64,000 nt of DNA from a virus, in IMG/VR virus record IMGVR_UViG_3300006871_000008, positions 26,845 to 90,844 of that record; one strand, written 5' to 3'. The notes under the pieces are model-generated. The model had not been told where the DNA came from and did no database searches. It worked only from the letters and a program-made list of their open reading frames with translations. A program made the position numbers and the translations under genes. Positions 28,980 through 38,995 of the stretch are shown piece after piece (positions within the stretch are counted from its first letter, which is position 1; each line of letters begins with the position of its first letter).

Positions 28980-31900
28980 TTATGTTCTGAGACGAATGTT
29001 GCCTCGGCGGATTTCCCGGTTCAATGCCCGGCTAATATCGCGTCCGATGACTTCACCAGTTTGACGATTACCCTGCGTGTTTACATTAACATCGCCAATG
29101 TTAAAGTTGGTGACAGGTCCACCAGCGGCCCTAAATACAGGTTGACGACCTGAGTTTATCGCAACCAACTGAGAAAAGAATTTCCGAGTTGATCGAGCGT
29201 TTACTACGAACTCACCCGGCGTTAGCATAGCCGGTACTGTATCAGTCCCGCGAGGCTTGAAGGGGCTTGGCCCACCGCCTGCAAGATACGCCGGAATGAC
29301 ACCACCCAAAGCCCGATACACTAGACCGCCAGTGGAGAATTCTTCTGCTCCACTGCCGCCGCCTCCCGCACGGGCTGCATTCAATTCGCGCTGAGCCGCC
29401 GCAGCATTACGCGCGGCCGCAGCTTCACTATTCAATTGGCCTGAGAGCGATGACGAAGCACTGCTGGCTGCACTGGCCGAAGTGGCGGCAGCCGATGTTG
29501 CCGATGCAAGAGCGCCTTCCTCAGTGGCAGCTTGGGATGTTGTGTTCAGCAACTCTTTAGCTGTGTTGAGTTGTCCTTCAACATTCGCACCCTGCTGCAC
29601 TTGCTGATTTGCTTGCTGCAACTTGCTGGCATCTTGCACGTATTGTGCGATAGCTCCCGCCAGCGAACGATATGATTCCGACAACTTCGGATTCGAGGTT
29701 TCTGTTTCCTTACTCAATGCCAAAAATTGCTGAACAGCAGCCGTTGCAGCTTTTGTGTCACCGGACTCTGCGGCGGCAATTCCCTTTTGAGCAATCTCCA
29801 ATGCCTTCTGATTGCCGATGACGGCATTGATGAATTGGTCGCTCAAGCCCGCTGTGATGCCACTTGGATTGACAAGTTCACCAGCACCCGCTTTGAGTTT
29901 CTGTAAAACCTGTGTCACCGTTCCGGCATTGGTCTGCACACCTTGGGCTAGTTGCTTGAACTCAACTTCAATCTTAGCCAAGTCACGGACAACGGCATCC
30001 TTTGCAGTCGCCACGTTAGATTGCAACTCAGTCAGATTGGCCCCGGTCGAGATACCTTGCGTGGCCTGTTTCGCTCGTTGTACAATGGCCTTCTCAATTT
30101 TATCTAGGCCAGCACCTTGATTAAGCAGCTTCTCCGCATCCAATCCACTAGCCAAAGATAATTCGGTGAGTACCGGCTTGACCTTAATCTCAAACTCTTT
30201 GTTGTTCAAAGCAGCTTGCAGACTCGCCGCAGCACCCTCGAATGAAGTCTTAATAGAGACTTCCTTGCCCAACTGATCCGTCAGGGGCTTGCGAATATCT
30301 TTCAGCAAATCCCCGATGCCAAGTTTCTTAGCAAGGTCAGGATCGCCAGCTTTAGCCAACCGCTTCTGGATTTCCTCGGCAAGAGGAATGGCCTCGCGGA
30401 ACTTAGCGATGCGTTCATCGTTGCTGAGTTTCTGGTCTTTGAGAGCGTCGTTTTGTAGCTTCTCGATTTGGGATTCGAGGGCTTTGATTTCCGCCAGATT
30501 TTGCTTCTGGCTGGCAAGTTCCTTTTGTGCGGTGGCCGCAGCTTCCTTTGCGAGAGCGGTCTTTCGCAACTCAGCACCGATCTGGTCGCCAAGCACGGCA
30601 TTGATAGCATCTTCTGCCTGCTTCAAACGGGCACGGTCGCCAGCCTGCTTCGCCGTGTTGGCAGCAGATTCCGCAAGCGATGCAGCCTCTTGGCGAACGG
30701 CATCTGCCTGTTGCTTGGCCTGCACCGTGCCTTGGGCTTCAAGGTCATTGGCTTGCCGACGTAGGGCATTGATGCGGTTCAGGTCATTGAATACTTGCTG
30801 ACCTTCGGGCAGACCTTGATTAGCTCGGTTGAATCGGTTTTGACCAACTGTGCGGGTTAGCTCGGTGATATTGGTAAACTGGTCCTGCTCGGCCTTGGCA
30901 GCGCCCTTGATTGCATCTTCTAACTTCCCGACGTAATCCTCATACGCCTTGATTCGGTCTTTCAACTGTGATCGAAGATTCTCGGTCACAAGTTGCTGAG
31001 ACTTGATAGCATCCTGGGCGCTCTTGTTATAGAGAGCCTGGGCATCGGAGATAAACTTTTGCAGGGCAGTTACGGACTTGTCCAACTCTTGCTTGCGGCC
31101 TTCCGCAATCAGTTGGTTTGCCTTCGTGGTATTTTCAGCATCCTTGCGGCGGGCCTCAGCACGGCCAGCAAATACATCGTCGAGAGCGGCCTTGGCCTTG
31201 TCACCTGCGCTACCTAGATCGGCAATGGCTTTGCCGAGAGCGATGACGCCAACAGTGATGGCGATGATCGGCCCGGTGGTAGCGATGAATGCTACGATGC
31301 CACGGCCAGCAGCTACAGCACCCGCCGCAACTTTGGCGAAGGATAGCGTGAGCAGTCCATTACCTGCGGCAAGTAGCGCGGCATTGAAGTTGGCCGCGAA
31401 TAGATTGGCAGCATACACAGCAGCCGCAGCCGCCGCGATTTTGATTACGTTGGTCAACCCGCCGAATGGGGCAGACAGTGCCGAGATTGCGGCCAAGGCA
31501 TTACGGCCAATGTCCACAATAAACAGATTCTTGACCCGCTCTAAGTCTTGTTCTACTTGCTTGGCATTCGTGTTGATGATGATGTTATTTTTCTGCTCAA
31601 GCAGATCAGCACCAACCGCCTTGATCTTGGCGAGGTTCTCGGCAGCGCGCTCAGCTTGATCGCCAGTCAATCCGATAACGCCGCGAGCAACGCGAATGTT
31701 CTCGGTCAGTTGCGTGATTTCAGAGGCCGTGTCACCAGAGATAGCTGTGATCTTTTCCAAGAACGGCAGGAACCCACCCGCTGCCTGGATGCCAGCTTCC
31801 GCCGTGCTAACTCCTAGCTCAGCAAACACCGCCTTCATTTCAGTTGTTGGCTTCAACAGGCCACGGATCGTGTTGCCCAACAGGGTCATAGCCTCATCAG

Positions 31901-33023
31901 CCGGAACGCCCGTAACTGTGAGGGTAGCCAAGGCTGCCAGCACTTCGTCGATGCTAACACCAACCTGCGCGGCCACGACGGTAACACGACCGAGAGAATC
32001 AGCAACTTGGTCCAGAGTGAATCGGCCCAAGTCAACGGCCTTAAACAACTTGCCAGAGATATTCGCCGCCTCAGACGTGGCAAGGTTGTAGGAATTCAGT
32101 ACCGAGGAAATCGCATTAACGGCCTGTGGAGTTGTAGCCCCGGTCACGTTAGCCAACTTCAATGCAGTCGCCAGCACGTCTGCACTTTCAGCAGCATTAC
32201 CGATTTGATTCGACAGTAACTCATATTGTGCCGCTGCCACTTCTGTAACGGGCCGACCGAATTCATCAGCCAGGGCACGAACCTGTTTGTTCAGTTGCTC
32301 AATGCCGCCGACTTCCGACCCGGCAATTGTCTGGATGCGGGCCAGGGTCTTTTCGTAAGTTACCGCAGCCGTCACGCCTTCGATCAGACCATTTGTAATT
32401 TTGCTGATCGCATTTGACAGTAAGTTGGCGGACACGACTGCCGCGAGGAACCCGGTATTCAGGTTGCTCAGGAAGTTGCTGCCACCACCGCCAGCATTCT
32501 TAATACCATTCAGTTGCGTAATTAACTTCGCAATCTGAGCCTGTGGACCGACGAAGGCTGAACCCAAGTTGTTGCCGATGCTCTTAATCTGATTTGCAGT
32601 CAGACCGGCCCTTGCACCAACTTGGGAGATTTTCTGAATGAGGGCATTCGCCTGATTGAGCGAATCGCCTGAAAGCCCTGCGGTTTCTCCGCCAAGGGAC
32701 TTTTGAATTTTGATGGCGGAGGCTTGCTGAGTCCGCCGAGAAGCAGCCGCAGCCTCAGCAGCCGCAGCCTTCTGAGCGGAAGCCGCCGCCTGATCTTGGG
32801 CACGTTGCAAGCTGCCGAGAGTCTTAACAAGGTCCGTGACGGCCTTCGCATCCTGATTGATGGAGCCGAGTAGATTCTGACCGGACTTGCTAAAGGCAGT
32901 ATTGGCAGCCGCCGCAGCCTGCACGTTACGTGCATACTGGCTAAATAGGGAGCCGAGCGTTCGCAGCGTGCTAATCGCTTGCGAAGCATCTAACCCTAGC
33001 TTCTGTGTGATTTCATCTGCCAT
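28980..33023 (-). CDS. Tape measure protein
   Basis: 1347 aa, Ala-rich helical; TP901-like core; DTVPAMLTPGEFVVNA. Confidence 0.93.
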   Translation of the reverse strand: MADEITQKLGLDASQAISTLRTLGSLFSQYARNVQAAAAANTAFSKSGQNLLGSINQDAKAVTDLVKTLGSLQRAQDQAAASAQKAAAAEAAAASRRTQQASAIKIQKSLGGETAGLSGDSLNQANALIQKISQVGARAGLTANQIKSIGNNLGSAFVGPQAQIAKLITQLNGIKNAGGGGSNFLSNLNTGFLAAVVSANLLSNAISKITNGLIEGVTAAVTYEKTLARIQTIAGSEVGGIEQLNKQVRALADEFGRPVTEVAAAQYELLSNQIGNAAESADVLATALKLANVTGATTPQAVNAISSVLNSYNLATSEAANISGKLFKAVDLGRFTLDQVADSLGRVTVVAAQVGVSIDEVLAALATLTVTGVPADEAMTLLGNTIRGLLKPTTEMKAVFAELGVSTAEAGIQAAGGFLPFLEKITAISGDTASEITQLTENIRVARGVIGLTGDQAERAAENLAKIKAVGADLLEQKNNIIINTNAKQVEQDLERVKNLFIVDIGRNALAAISALSAPFGGLTNVIKIAAAAAAVYAANLFAANFNAALLAAGNGLLTLSFAKVAAGAVAAGRGIVAFIATTGPIIAITVGVIALGKAIADLGSAGDKAKAALDDVFAGRAEARRKDAENTTKANQLIAEGRKQELDKSVTALQKFISDAQALYNKSAQDAIKSQQLVTENLRSQLKDRIKAYEDYVGKLEDAIKGAAKAEQDQFTNITELTRTVGQNRFNRANQGLPEGQQVFNDLNRINALRRQANDLEAQGTVQAKQQADAVRQEAASLAESAANTAKQAGDRARLKQAEDAINAVLGDQIGAELRKTALAKEAAATAQKELASQKQNLAEIKALESQIEKLQNDALKDQKLSNDERIAKFREAIPLAEEIQKRLAKAGDPDLAKKLGIGDLLKDIRKPLTDQLGKEVSIKTSFEGAAASLQAALNNKEFEIKVKPVLTELSLASGLDAEKLLNQGAGLDKIEKAIVQRAKQATQGISTGANLTELQSNVATAKDAVVRDLAKIEVEFKQLAQGVQTNAGTVTQVLQKLKAGAGELVNPSGITAGLSDQFINAVIGNQKALEIAQKGIAAAESGDTKAATAAVQQFLALSKETETSNPKLSESYRSLAGAIAQYVQDASKLQQANQQVQQGANVEGQLNTAKELLNTTSQAATEEGALASATSAAATSASAASSASSSLSGQLNSEAAAARNAAAAQRELNAARAGGGGSGAEEFSTGGLVYRALGGVIPAYLAGGGPSPFKPRGTDTVPAMLTPGEFVVNARSTRKFFSQLVAINSGRQPVFRAAGGPVTNFNIGDVNVNTQGNRQTGEVIGRDISRALNREIRRGNIRLRT

Positions 33024-33514
33024 CAGAAGGACCGCTTATCAAAATCGAAGAATTGTGTAAGGTCAGGAAGTTCGGCCTGTGCCGCAACTTGCAGAAATGC
33101 CTTTTTAGCCTGAGCCTCAAAGTTGTAGGGGCCGGGTGTTTTCAGGTGAATGCCCCAGATGCGGGCGTCAAAGAATTCGTTGATTATCAAATGCTTCAAC
33201 GCTGTTTGGTATTCGATGGTCCACTTGCCATTGCCGCCTTCTAGGGTGGCTGAACTTTGTGATGCCCCTCTTGAGGATTGGTCGCTTTTGGCTTTACCGC
33301 GAGGCGCACCGATGGAGATTGGATGCTGTAGCAAGTGGGCCAGTGGCAAGACTGTACCCACAGATTGACCGGCCCAAACTGGAACGATTCTGATGAACTC
33401 TGTTAGCCAAGCATCCCATGCCCGGAACAGTTGTCTTTGCATTTCATCGTCGATAGCCTTGATAGCTCCCGACGTGCTGAAATTCAACTCAGCAAAGAAT
33501 CCTTCTAGTTTCAT
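33023..33514 (-). CDS. Neck/tail-completion-like protein
   Basis: Size and pattern (VPVWAG) similar to HK97 gp10-type proteins; weak. Confidence 0.4.
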   Translation of the reverse strand: MKLEGFFAELNFSTSGAIKAIDDEMQRQLFRAWDAWLTEFIRIVPVWAGQSVGTVLPLAHLLQHPISIGAPRGKAKSDQSSRGASQSSATLEGGNGKWTIEYQTALKHLIINEFFDARIWGIHLKTPGPYNFEAQAKKAFLQVAAQAELPDLTQFFDFDKRSF

Positions 33515-33744
33515 AAGCCTGCTGCCTGACCCGTGGCCTCGATAATCTCAATATCTTCGTGGTCACGAACTTGAGAGTATGCTAGAAGTTGAGCCTGAAC
33601 CCAGGGGTCATTATCATCCCACCGCCGCTTCACGTTGGGCGGTAGGATGCCAAGTCTTTCGCACGTGCGCCATATCGCATAGTGCATCGTCCGAAACTTC
33701 GGCCAGAGGACCGACTTTACACCTTCCCCTGACCAGCTAAGAAA
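33511..33744 (-). CDS. Tail assembly chaperone -1 frame extension (gpT-like)
   Basis: Open -1 frame FLSWSGEGVKSVLWPKFRTMHYAIWRTCERLGILPP...AAGL*; stop overlaps the next ATG. Confidence 0.65.
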   Translation of the reverse strand, partial: FLSWSGEGVKSVLWPKFRTMHYAIWRTCERLGILPPNVKRRWDDNDPWVQAQLLAYSQVRDHEDIEIIEATGQAAGL

Positions 33745-34178
33745 GCCTGTCGAGCAGCCTCCAACTTTGCTTCATCGAGAGCATTGGCTTGCAGAGCAAG
33801 ACCAACGATCTTGTTGATTTCGATGATGGAGAACTTCGACTCTTGCAACTCGGTCACATAGTTCGGCCACGTATCCGGCTTGAGCATGTCCACTGTTTCC
33901 CATTCCAACCCATCCGTAGCTTGCAGGGACTTGAGGATAATCCAGGCCATACGCCGCTCATTGTGCATATTGACAGCGGCCACGTAAGTCGGATCATCGG
34001 CAACGACTTCACGCCGATTGCGAACCACTCGAACAGGGGCCTTGGGTTCCAGACACAACTTGTCAAACTCGTCATAGTCCAGAACAGCTTGAGCCTTGAA
34101 CACAACCTCCCCATCACCGCGAGGAAGCACTAACACCGCAATGTTAGGGCATTCCAGCTTTTCACCATGAAACTTCAT
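33717..34178 (-). CDS. Tail assembly chaperone (gpG-like)
   Basis: Directly after the tail tube genes. Confidence 0.7.
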   Translation of the reverse strand: MKFHGEKLECPNIAVLVLPRGDGEVVFKAQAVLDYDEFDKLCLEPKAPVRVVRNRREVVADDPTYVAAVNMHNERRMAWIILKSLQATDGLEWETVDMLKPDTWPNYVTELQESKFSIIEINKIVGLALQANALDEAKLEAARQAFLAGQGKV

Positions 34179-34195
34179 TTTACGACTCCTGAGTT

Positions 34196-34228
34196 AGTAA
34201 AGGCCCCGCCCGCAATGGGCGGGGCTTT
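34196..34228 (-). terminator. Intrinsic terminator
   Basis: GCCCCGCCC stem plus T tract. Confidence 0.75.
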
Positions 34229-34240
34229 GTTGCTGAGAAC

Positions 34241-35284
34241 TTACACGCGAGACACGCCCGGCTCAACGGAATTACACTTTCCCGTCACGCTGATCGTGGC
34301 ATCACGCAAGTTGAATTCGAGGCTCTCGTACCGGAAGTCCGGGAACGTGTAATCCTCATTCAACTCTGACCCGCAGGGCGGATCGTACACAACTTCAATG
34401 TCAATGGCGAACGGCTCGCACGGGTCGCTAGACGAACTAGCAATCGTGGAGGCTTCACCTTGCTGCTTGAGGAAGTCGATAGGTGACGGAAGCCAAGCCC
34501 CGCCCGACCCATTCGTGTAGAACTCATACAGCAAATCCAGCTTCACTTCGACCGGCTGCTCATCGCCACGTCGAACCGTGTCTAGGTCGCCACGGTCACG
34601 GACGTAATCGAATTCGCGCTTCTCAGACCAAGTGAGATTGCCGTTACCAACCTTAATCTCGATGCGAGCAGGCAGGAAGGTAATGTCGGCATTGTCAGCC
34701 GGGATTCCATCAGCCGTGGCAAAGGCCGGGCTGAACGTGATGATGCCGGTCGTGCCGCCCTGATTGAGCGTGCTGACCGTCACCGTATCGCCGCCACCCG
34801 ACAAGTCCACGTCCGTAGCCGTCATTTGGGCGACGTTCGTGTTCAGGTAGGCTTGGGTAAACTTCACGATCCACTTGCCGGTCGCGGGCTTCGTCACAAT
34901 CACGTCGCCAGGGGCGATGTTGGACAGAGCCTCAAGAGCCGTCTGCACGTCGCTCGCGCTCGCGTTATAGGCGATATTCGCGGTCGTTTGTGCGCTGAAA
35001 GTGAGGGTGAAGTTACCAGACGTGGCATCCACGGTAACAAGTTGGTTTTCGTTCTTGTCCGTGGCAGTCACGGTATAGAACGCTTGGGTCGAGCCGACCA
35101 CCGAAAACCGTGCGCCAATTGGCACGACGGTTCCAGCATCCGGGAGGCTCGCCAAGTTGTCAATGTAAATCGACGTGTTACCATTGGCCGGTGCAGCCGG
35201 AGCGCCAGGTCCATTGACTTTGGCCGTGCCGGCAAAACCGTCCTTAAAGTAAATCGTCGTGTTACGAAGTTCAATTTGAGCCAT
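34241..35284 (-). CDS. Major tail (tube) protein paralogue with inserted domain
   Basis: Near-identical C-terminal 140 aa to 35310-36047; about 100-aa insert NENQLVTV...ALEALSNI. Confidence 0.75.
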   Translation of the reverse strand: MAQIELRNTTIYFKDGFAGTAKVNGPGAPAAPANGNTSIYIDNLASLPDAGTVVPIGARFSVVGSTQAFYTVTATDKNENQLVTVDATSGNFTLTFSAQTTANIAYNASASDVQTALEALSNIAPGDVIVTKPATGKWIVKFTQAYLNTNVAQMTATDVDLSGGGDTVTVSTLNQGGTTGIITFSPAFATADGIPADNADITFLPARIEIKVGNGNLTWSEKREFDYVRDRGDLDTVRRGDEQPVEVKLDLLYEFYTNGSGGAWLPSPIDFLKQQGEASTIASSSSDPCEPFAIDIEVVYDPPCGSELNEDYTFPDFRYESLEFNLRDATISVTGKCNSVEPGVSRV

Positions 35285-35309
35285 TGGCTTTTGTTCCTTT
35301 CAATCAGAA

Positions 35310-36047
35310 TTACGGGTCGCGGGACACGCTCGGCTCGACGGCATTACACTTGCCCGTCACGCTGATCGTGGCGTCCCGAAGATTGAACTCAAGGCTCTCG
35401 TAACGAAAATCCGGGAACGTGTAATTTTCGTTCGTTTCCGACCCGCACGGCGGATCGTAAATTACTTTCACGTCGATGGCAAACGGTTCGCAGGGGTCGC
35501 CAGACGAACTTGCCAGATTCGCAGCCTCATTGGCCCGTTTCAGGAAGTCAATGGGCGAGGGCAGCCAAGCACCGCCAGAGCCGTTCGTGTAGAACTCATA
35601 CAGCAAGTCGATTTTTACTTCGACTGGCTGCTCATCCCCACGTCGAACAGTATCAAGATCGCCACGATCCCGAACGTAGTCAAATTCCCGCTTCTCCGAC
35701 CACGTAAGATTCCCGTTACCAATCTTGATTTCGATTTGGGCCGGAAGGAACGTGATCGCAGCATCATTGGCAACAGAACTTGCCAAGGCCGGGGTGAAAG
35801 TCAAACTGGTAGTCGGGGGACCGCCAGAGTGAGCAGTTACCGTGTGTACGGGCGTGCCAGTCTCACCAGCGATGGTGAACCGAACACCCTCAAACACTTC
35901 ATTGCCGCTATCGGGCAGATTGGCAAGAGTGTCAATCGTGATGGTTGTGACACCACTCATGTACCCTCCGCCATTGTTTACGGCTGCCGTGCCCGTAAAA
36001 CCATCTTGCAGAAAGATGGTTGTATTACGAAGTTCAATTTGCGCCAT
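35310..36047 (-). CDS. Major tail (tube) protein
   Basis: MAQIELRNTT start shared with the paralogue; position after the tail terminator. Confidence 0.75.
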   Translation of the reverse strand: MAQIELRNTTIFLQDGFTGTAAVNNGGGYMSGVTTITIDTLANLPDSGNEVFEGVRFTIAGETGTPVHTVTAHSGGPPTTSLTFTPALASSVANDAAITFLPAQIEIKIGNGNLTWSEKREFDYVRDRGDLDTVRRGDEQPVEVKIDLLYEFYTNGSGGAWLPSPIDFLKRANEAANLASSSGDPCEPFAIDVKVIYDPPCGSETNENYTFPDFRYESLEFNLRDATISVTGKCNAVEPSVSRDP

Positions 36048-36059
36048 AGAAAGGCTCCC

Positions 36060-36542
36060 TTAGTTTTGGAGACAGATTTGGAACTTTCCGCCAACCATAG
36101 ATTCGCGGAGTCGAACATCCTCTTTGAGTTGACCGAAGTGCGAGATAAATCGCGGTTCGGACAAATCTTCTCTTAAAGAAAGACAGCCGAGGAAACTGCC
36201 GTCATCGTCCGGCCCATTGCCATGCTTGTAAACCTCAATTGGCCCCATCGCCGCGAAGAACACACCTGCGTTCTGGATGATGGTGTAAGCATTTTCCTCA
36301 GTCATATAGGACTGCAAGATGATGTTTACATTAAGGTCTAACTCAAAATAACCTTTGCTGACTTCTCGCGTCGTCGGGCCGTTGATGCGCAATTCAGCAT
36401 GGTCAACTTGTCTAATCTTTTCCGAGGTTCGATCCTCGATCCCCTCGATTAGTAAGGGTATTTTGTTGTCGGTCGCCGTCGTCTTGAAGCGGTCAGCGAT
36501 GCTAGCGAAAAGCCAGCGGGGCCAGTTTTTATCGGCGGGCAT
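36060..36542 (-). CDS. Tail terminator-like protein
   Basis: Position and size. Confidence 0.5.
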   Translation of the reverse strand: MPADKNWPRWLFASIADRFKTTATDNKIPLLIEGIEDRTSEKIRQVDHAELRINGPTTREVSKGYFELDLNVNIILQSYMTEENAYTIIQNAGVFFAAMGPIEVYKHGNGPDDDGSFLGCLSLREDLSEPRFISHFGQLKEDVRLRESMVGGKFQICLQN

Positions 36543-37177
36543 TAGTTCACCTGTACCCCGACAGTTTGTTGTAAGTTCAACCCAGAGCTATTGACAGGCA
36601 AACCCCCAACGGTCTTAACAACCGTGTGGCTGCCAGAAAGGCCAAGGGAGTCTAAGAGTGTTTGCGGAAATTCACCTGCGGAGTTTGTGCTGACCGCAGC
36701 CGCCAACGGGAGGCTCTGAGTAACAAGAATGTCTTTGATTTCGTAGGCGGGCATCCCTGGCAGGTTCTTGACTGACACGATCCAACCGGCATCGGATTCA
36801 ATCTTCTGCGCTGTCACCACGTCCCATCGTGAGCCTTGAAACACCAGATAATCTTCTGGCCGAATCTCGAATCCGCGAGGCAAATCGCGGGCGTCAATAA
36901 GCACGTCACGTTTAGCAGCGTCAAAGCCTGCCCCATAGACGAACTCTTTGTCGGCAGAGATAATGGAGATAGTCTTGACCTGATCGCGCGTGATATTGTA
37001 TGGAAGGATTGGCGCTCGATGCACCGGATGCACTTCCTTCACAACAGTCTTATCACCTGTTAGATGGTCAGTCTCACTGGACACCACTCGGTAAACGTCG
37101 ATCCGGTCGCCGTACTGGCGCTTCAAGGCGTAGATATTGCGCCGGACGAATCGTTTGAGTGAAGCATTGCCAGCCAT
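36542..37177 (-). CDS. Head closure/stopper-like protein
   Basis: Position; beta-barrel-like pattern EDYLVFQGSRWDV. Confidence 0.55.
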   Translation of the reverse strand: MAGNASLKRFVRRNIYALKRQYGDRIDVYRVVSSETDHLTGDKTVVKEVHPVHRAPILPYNITRDQVKTISIISADKEFVYGAGFDAAKRDVLIDARDLPRGFEIRPEDYLVFQGSRWDVVTAQKIESDAGWIVSVKNLPGMPAYEIKDILVTQSLPLAAAVSTNSAGEFPQTLLDSLGLSGSHTVVKTVGGLPVNSSGLNLQQTVGVQVN

Positions 37178-37178
37178 G

Positions 37179-37442
37179 TTAATCCTCGCAACCGCTTCCA
37201 GGGCTTTCACGGCAAATGCGGCTTACCAACTTCTCGATACGCTCGATGACTTTTGTGCTGTTGGTAAGAGCCACGGTTGTTTGCGCAAGTTGCGTCTGCA
37301 AGGAATCACTGTACTTGTTCGTTAGTTCGTCGATTCGGGCGGCGTAACGCTTTTCACGCTGCCAACCTTGCCACACGAAATAAACAGTGAAGGCCACAAA
37401 GGGACCAAACTGTTTAGCCAATTCGAGGAAATCGAAACTCAT
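37179..37442 (-). CDS. Holin-like single-TM plus coiled-coil protein
   Basis: QFGPFVAFTVYFVW then REKRY...; BhlA/UviB-like architecture. Confidence 0.55.
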   Translation of the reverse strand: MSFDFLELAKQFGPFVAFTVYFVWQGWQREKRYAARIDELTNKYSDSLQTQLAQTTVALTNSTKVIERIEKLVSRICRESPGSGCED

Positions 37443-37463
37443 CCTTGCATTCCAATCTGTTTG

Positions 37464-37500
37464 TAAGAGAAAGCGGCGGGCGAGCGAACCCGCCCGCCGC
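37464..37500 (-). terminator. Intrinsic terminator after the capsid gene
   Basis: GCGGCGGGCG stem plus TTTCTCTT. Confidence 0.8.
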
Positions 37501-37527
37501 GAACCGGCTCAATGCCGGGGAGTCGTC

Positions 37528-38940
37528 TTAGGCGAGCAGAACAGCACCCAAAGCGGTGTCAAGTTCCTTCACGCCGCACAACAGATCAAGCGTGACCATG
37601 AGGCCCTGCTTGGTCGCGTTGTACTGCATCGTCGCGCGAATCGCCATGCCTTCGTCAGCCACAACGCCCGATTGAGCGCCGAATTGCTGCGGGGGCGTGA
37701 CCAGCGGACGGGTGACGAGAGCCAGGGCGTTCCGATGGAAGGCCCAATTGAGGCTGCCGGACGGGCCAGGGAAGGCGGCGTCGTTGTTCGCCAGCGAGGC
37801 GGCAAGCGGACGATCCAGCCAAACCTGAACCTCGGTGTTCGGAGTCACAACATCGACCGCGATGATCGTGTACGTGTGGCTCGAACCACCTGTTCCGAAC
37901 GTAATCAACTGACCAACCTGCGGGGGCTTGGCTGACGTGAACGTATCAATGTTGATACCCTTCACGTAACCAGCCGCGAACGCACCGTTGACCGCAGCGG
38001 CCTTGTAAATCTTGAACGCAGCACCCGCCAGGGTCGCATTGACGTTCGCATTCACAAGGGTAATCGCCGTGGTGTCAGCCATGCTGACAGTGCGGGCCGA
38101 CACGCGATTCGGCTGGCCGTCGCCAACCACAACCACGTACTCACCCACGACAGCATTGTAGCCGGTCAGGGTGACGGCCTGCGAACCCGAACCACCAGCC
38201 GCCAGGGCATTCGTGACCGTGCCGGAGGCATAGTCAGTCGAAGCATCGCTGATGTAGTTCATGTTCTGGCACTCGAAAATATCGAAGCCAAGTTTCCGAC
38301 CGAGCGAGGCTTCACGCAGAGCCGAGCCATCATCGCCAACCTTCTGCGCTTCGAGGAAGCGGCTGTCCGACAACATGGTTGTCGAAGTGGTCGGGGTGAT
38401 GATGAGCCGACGCCCATCGGTGTAAGCCTTGTTGACGTTCAGCCGTTCGCGGAGGGCCAGAATATCCTCGACTGCCGTGCTGGAAGTCATGCCATTCAGC
38501 TTGCCAGCCTTGTTGGCTAGGAACTTGTGGACCTGACCGAGAACAACCTTGTCCACAGCCGTCGCAATGCTCTGCATGGCGGGCTTCACGTACTCCACAA
38601 CCAAGTCCTTGAACGACTTGCTCCATTCTTCATCGCGGATGATGAAGTTGGTGTGGAAGTGCTGATCCAACGGCACGGCCACGTTCGTCGCGGTCGCGTC
38701 TTGGGTGGTCACGTCATCCGTGGAAGTCTTGCGCTTTGCCACGAAGGTTCCCGGCTTCCGGGTGTTGACAATATCGCCGTAGCTGGCGACCTGATTCTCG
38801 AAGTCACGATGGACCAGATTCGAGACGACCATGTTTTCCAACAGGATCGACAGCGACTCATTGGCCCACAATTCCGGGATGTACGCATCCAGGCTGTTCG
38901 AGTAAAGGGCCAGAACCGGCTTGCAAAACAGAGGATTCAT
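37528..38940 (-). CDS. Major capsid protein (P22 coat-like) with large insertion domain
   Basis: PELWA, NLVHRDFE, GDIVN, AFHRNALALVTRPL, DLLCGVK. Confidence 0.9.
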   Translation of the reverse strand: MNPLFCKPVLALYSNSLDAYIPELWANESLSILLENMVVSNLVHRDFENQVASYGDIVNTRKPGTFVAKRKTSTDDVTTQDATATNVAVPLDQHFHTNFIIRDEEWSKSFKDLVVEYVKPAMQSIATAVDKVVLGQVHKFLANKAGKLNGMTSSTAVEDILALRERLNVNKAYTDGRRLIITPTTSTTMLSDSRFLEAQKVGDDGSALREASLGRKLGFDIFECQNMNYISDASTDYASGTVTNALAAGGSGSQAVTLTGYNAVVGEYVVVVGDGQPNRVSARTVSMADTTAITLVNANVNATLAGAAFKIYKAAAVNGAFAAGYVKGINIDTFTSAKPPQVGQLITFGTGGSSHTYTIIAVDVVTPNTEVQVWLDRPLAASLANNDAAFPGPSGSLNWAFHRNALALVTRPLVTPPQQFGAQSGVVADEGMAIRATMQYNATKQGLMVTLDLLCGVKELDTALGAVLLA

Positions 38941-38995
38941 GTGTGATTCCTTATTTGTTTGTGAAACAGACATTTGAAGAACAATCACCCCGGCA

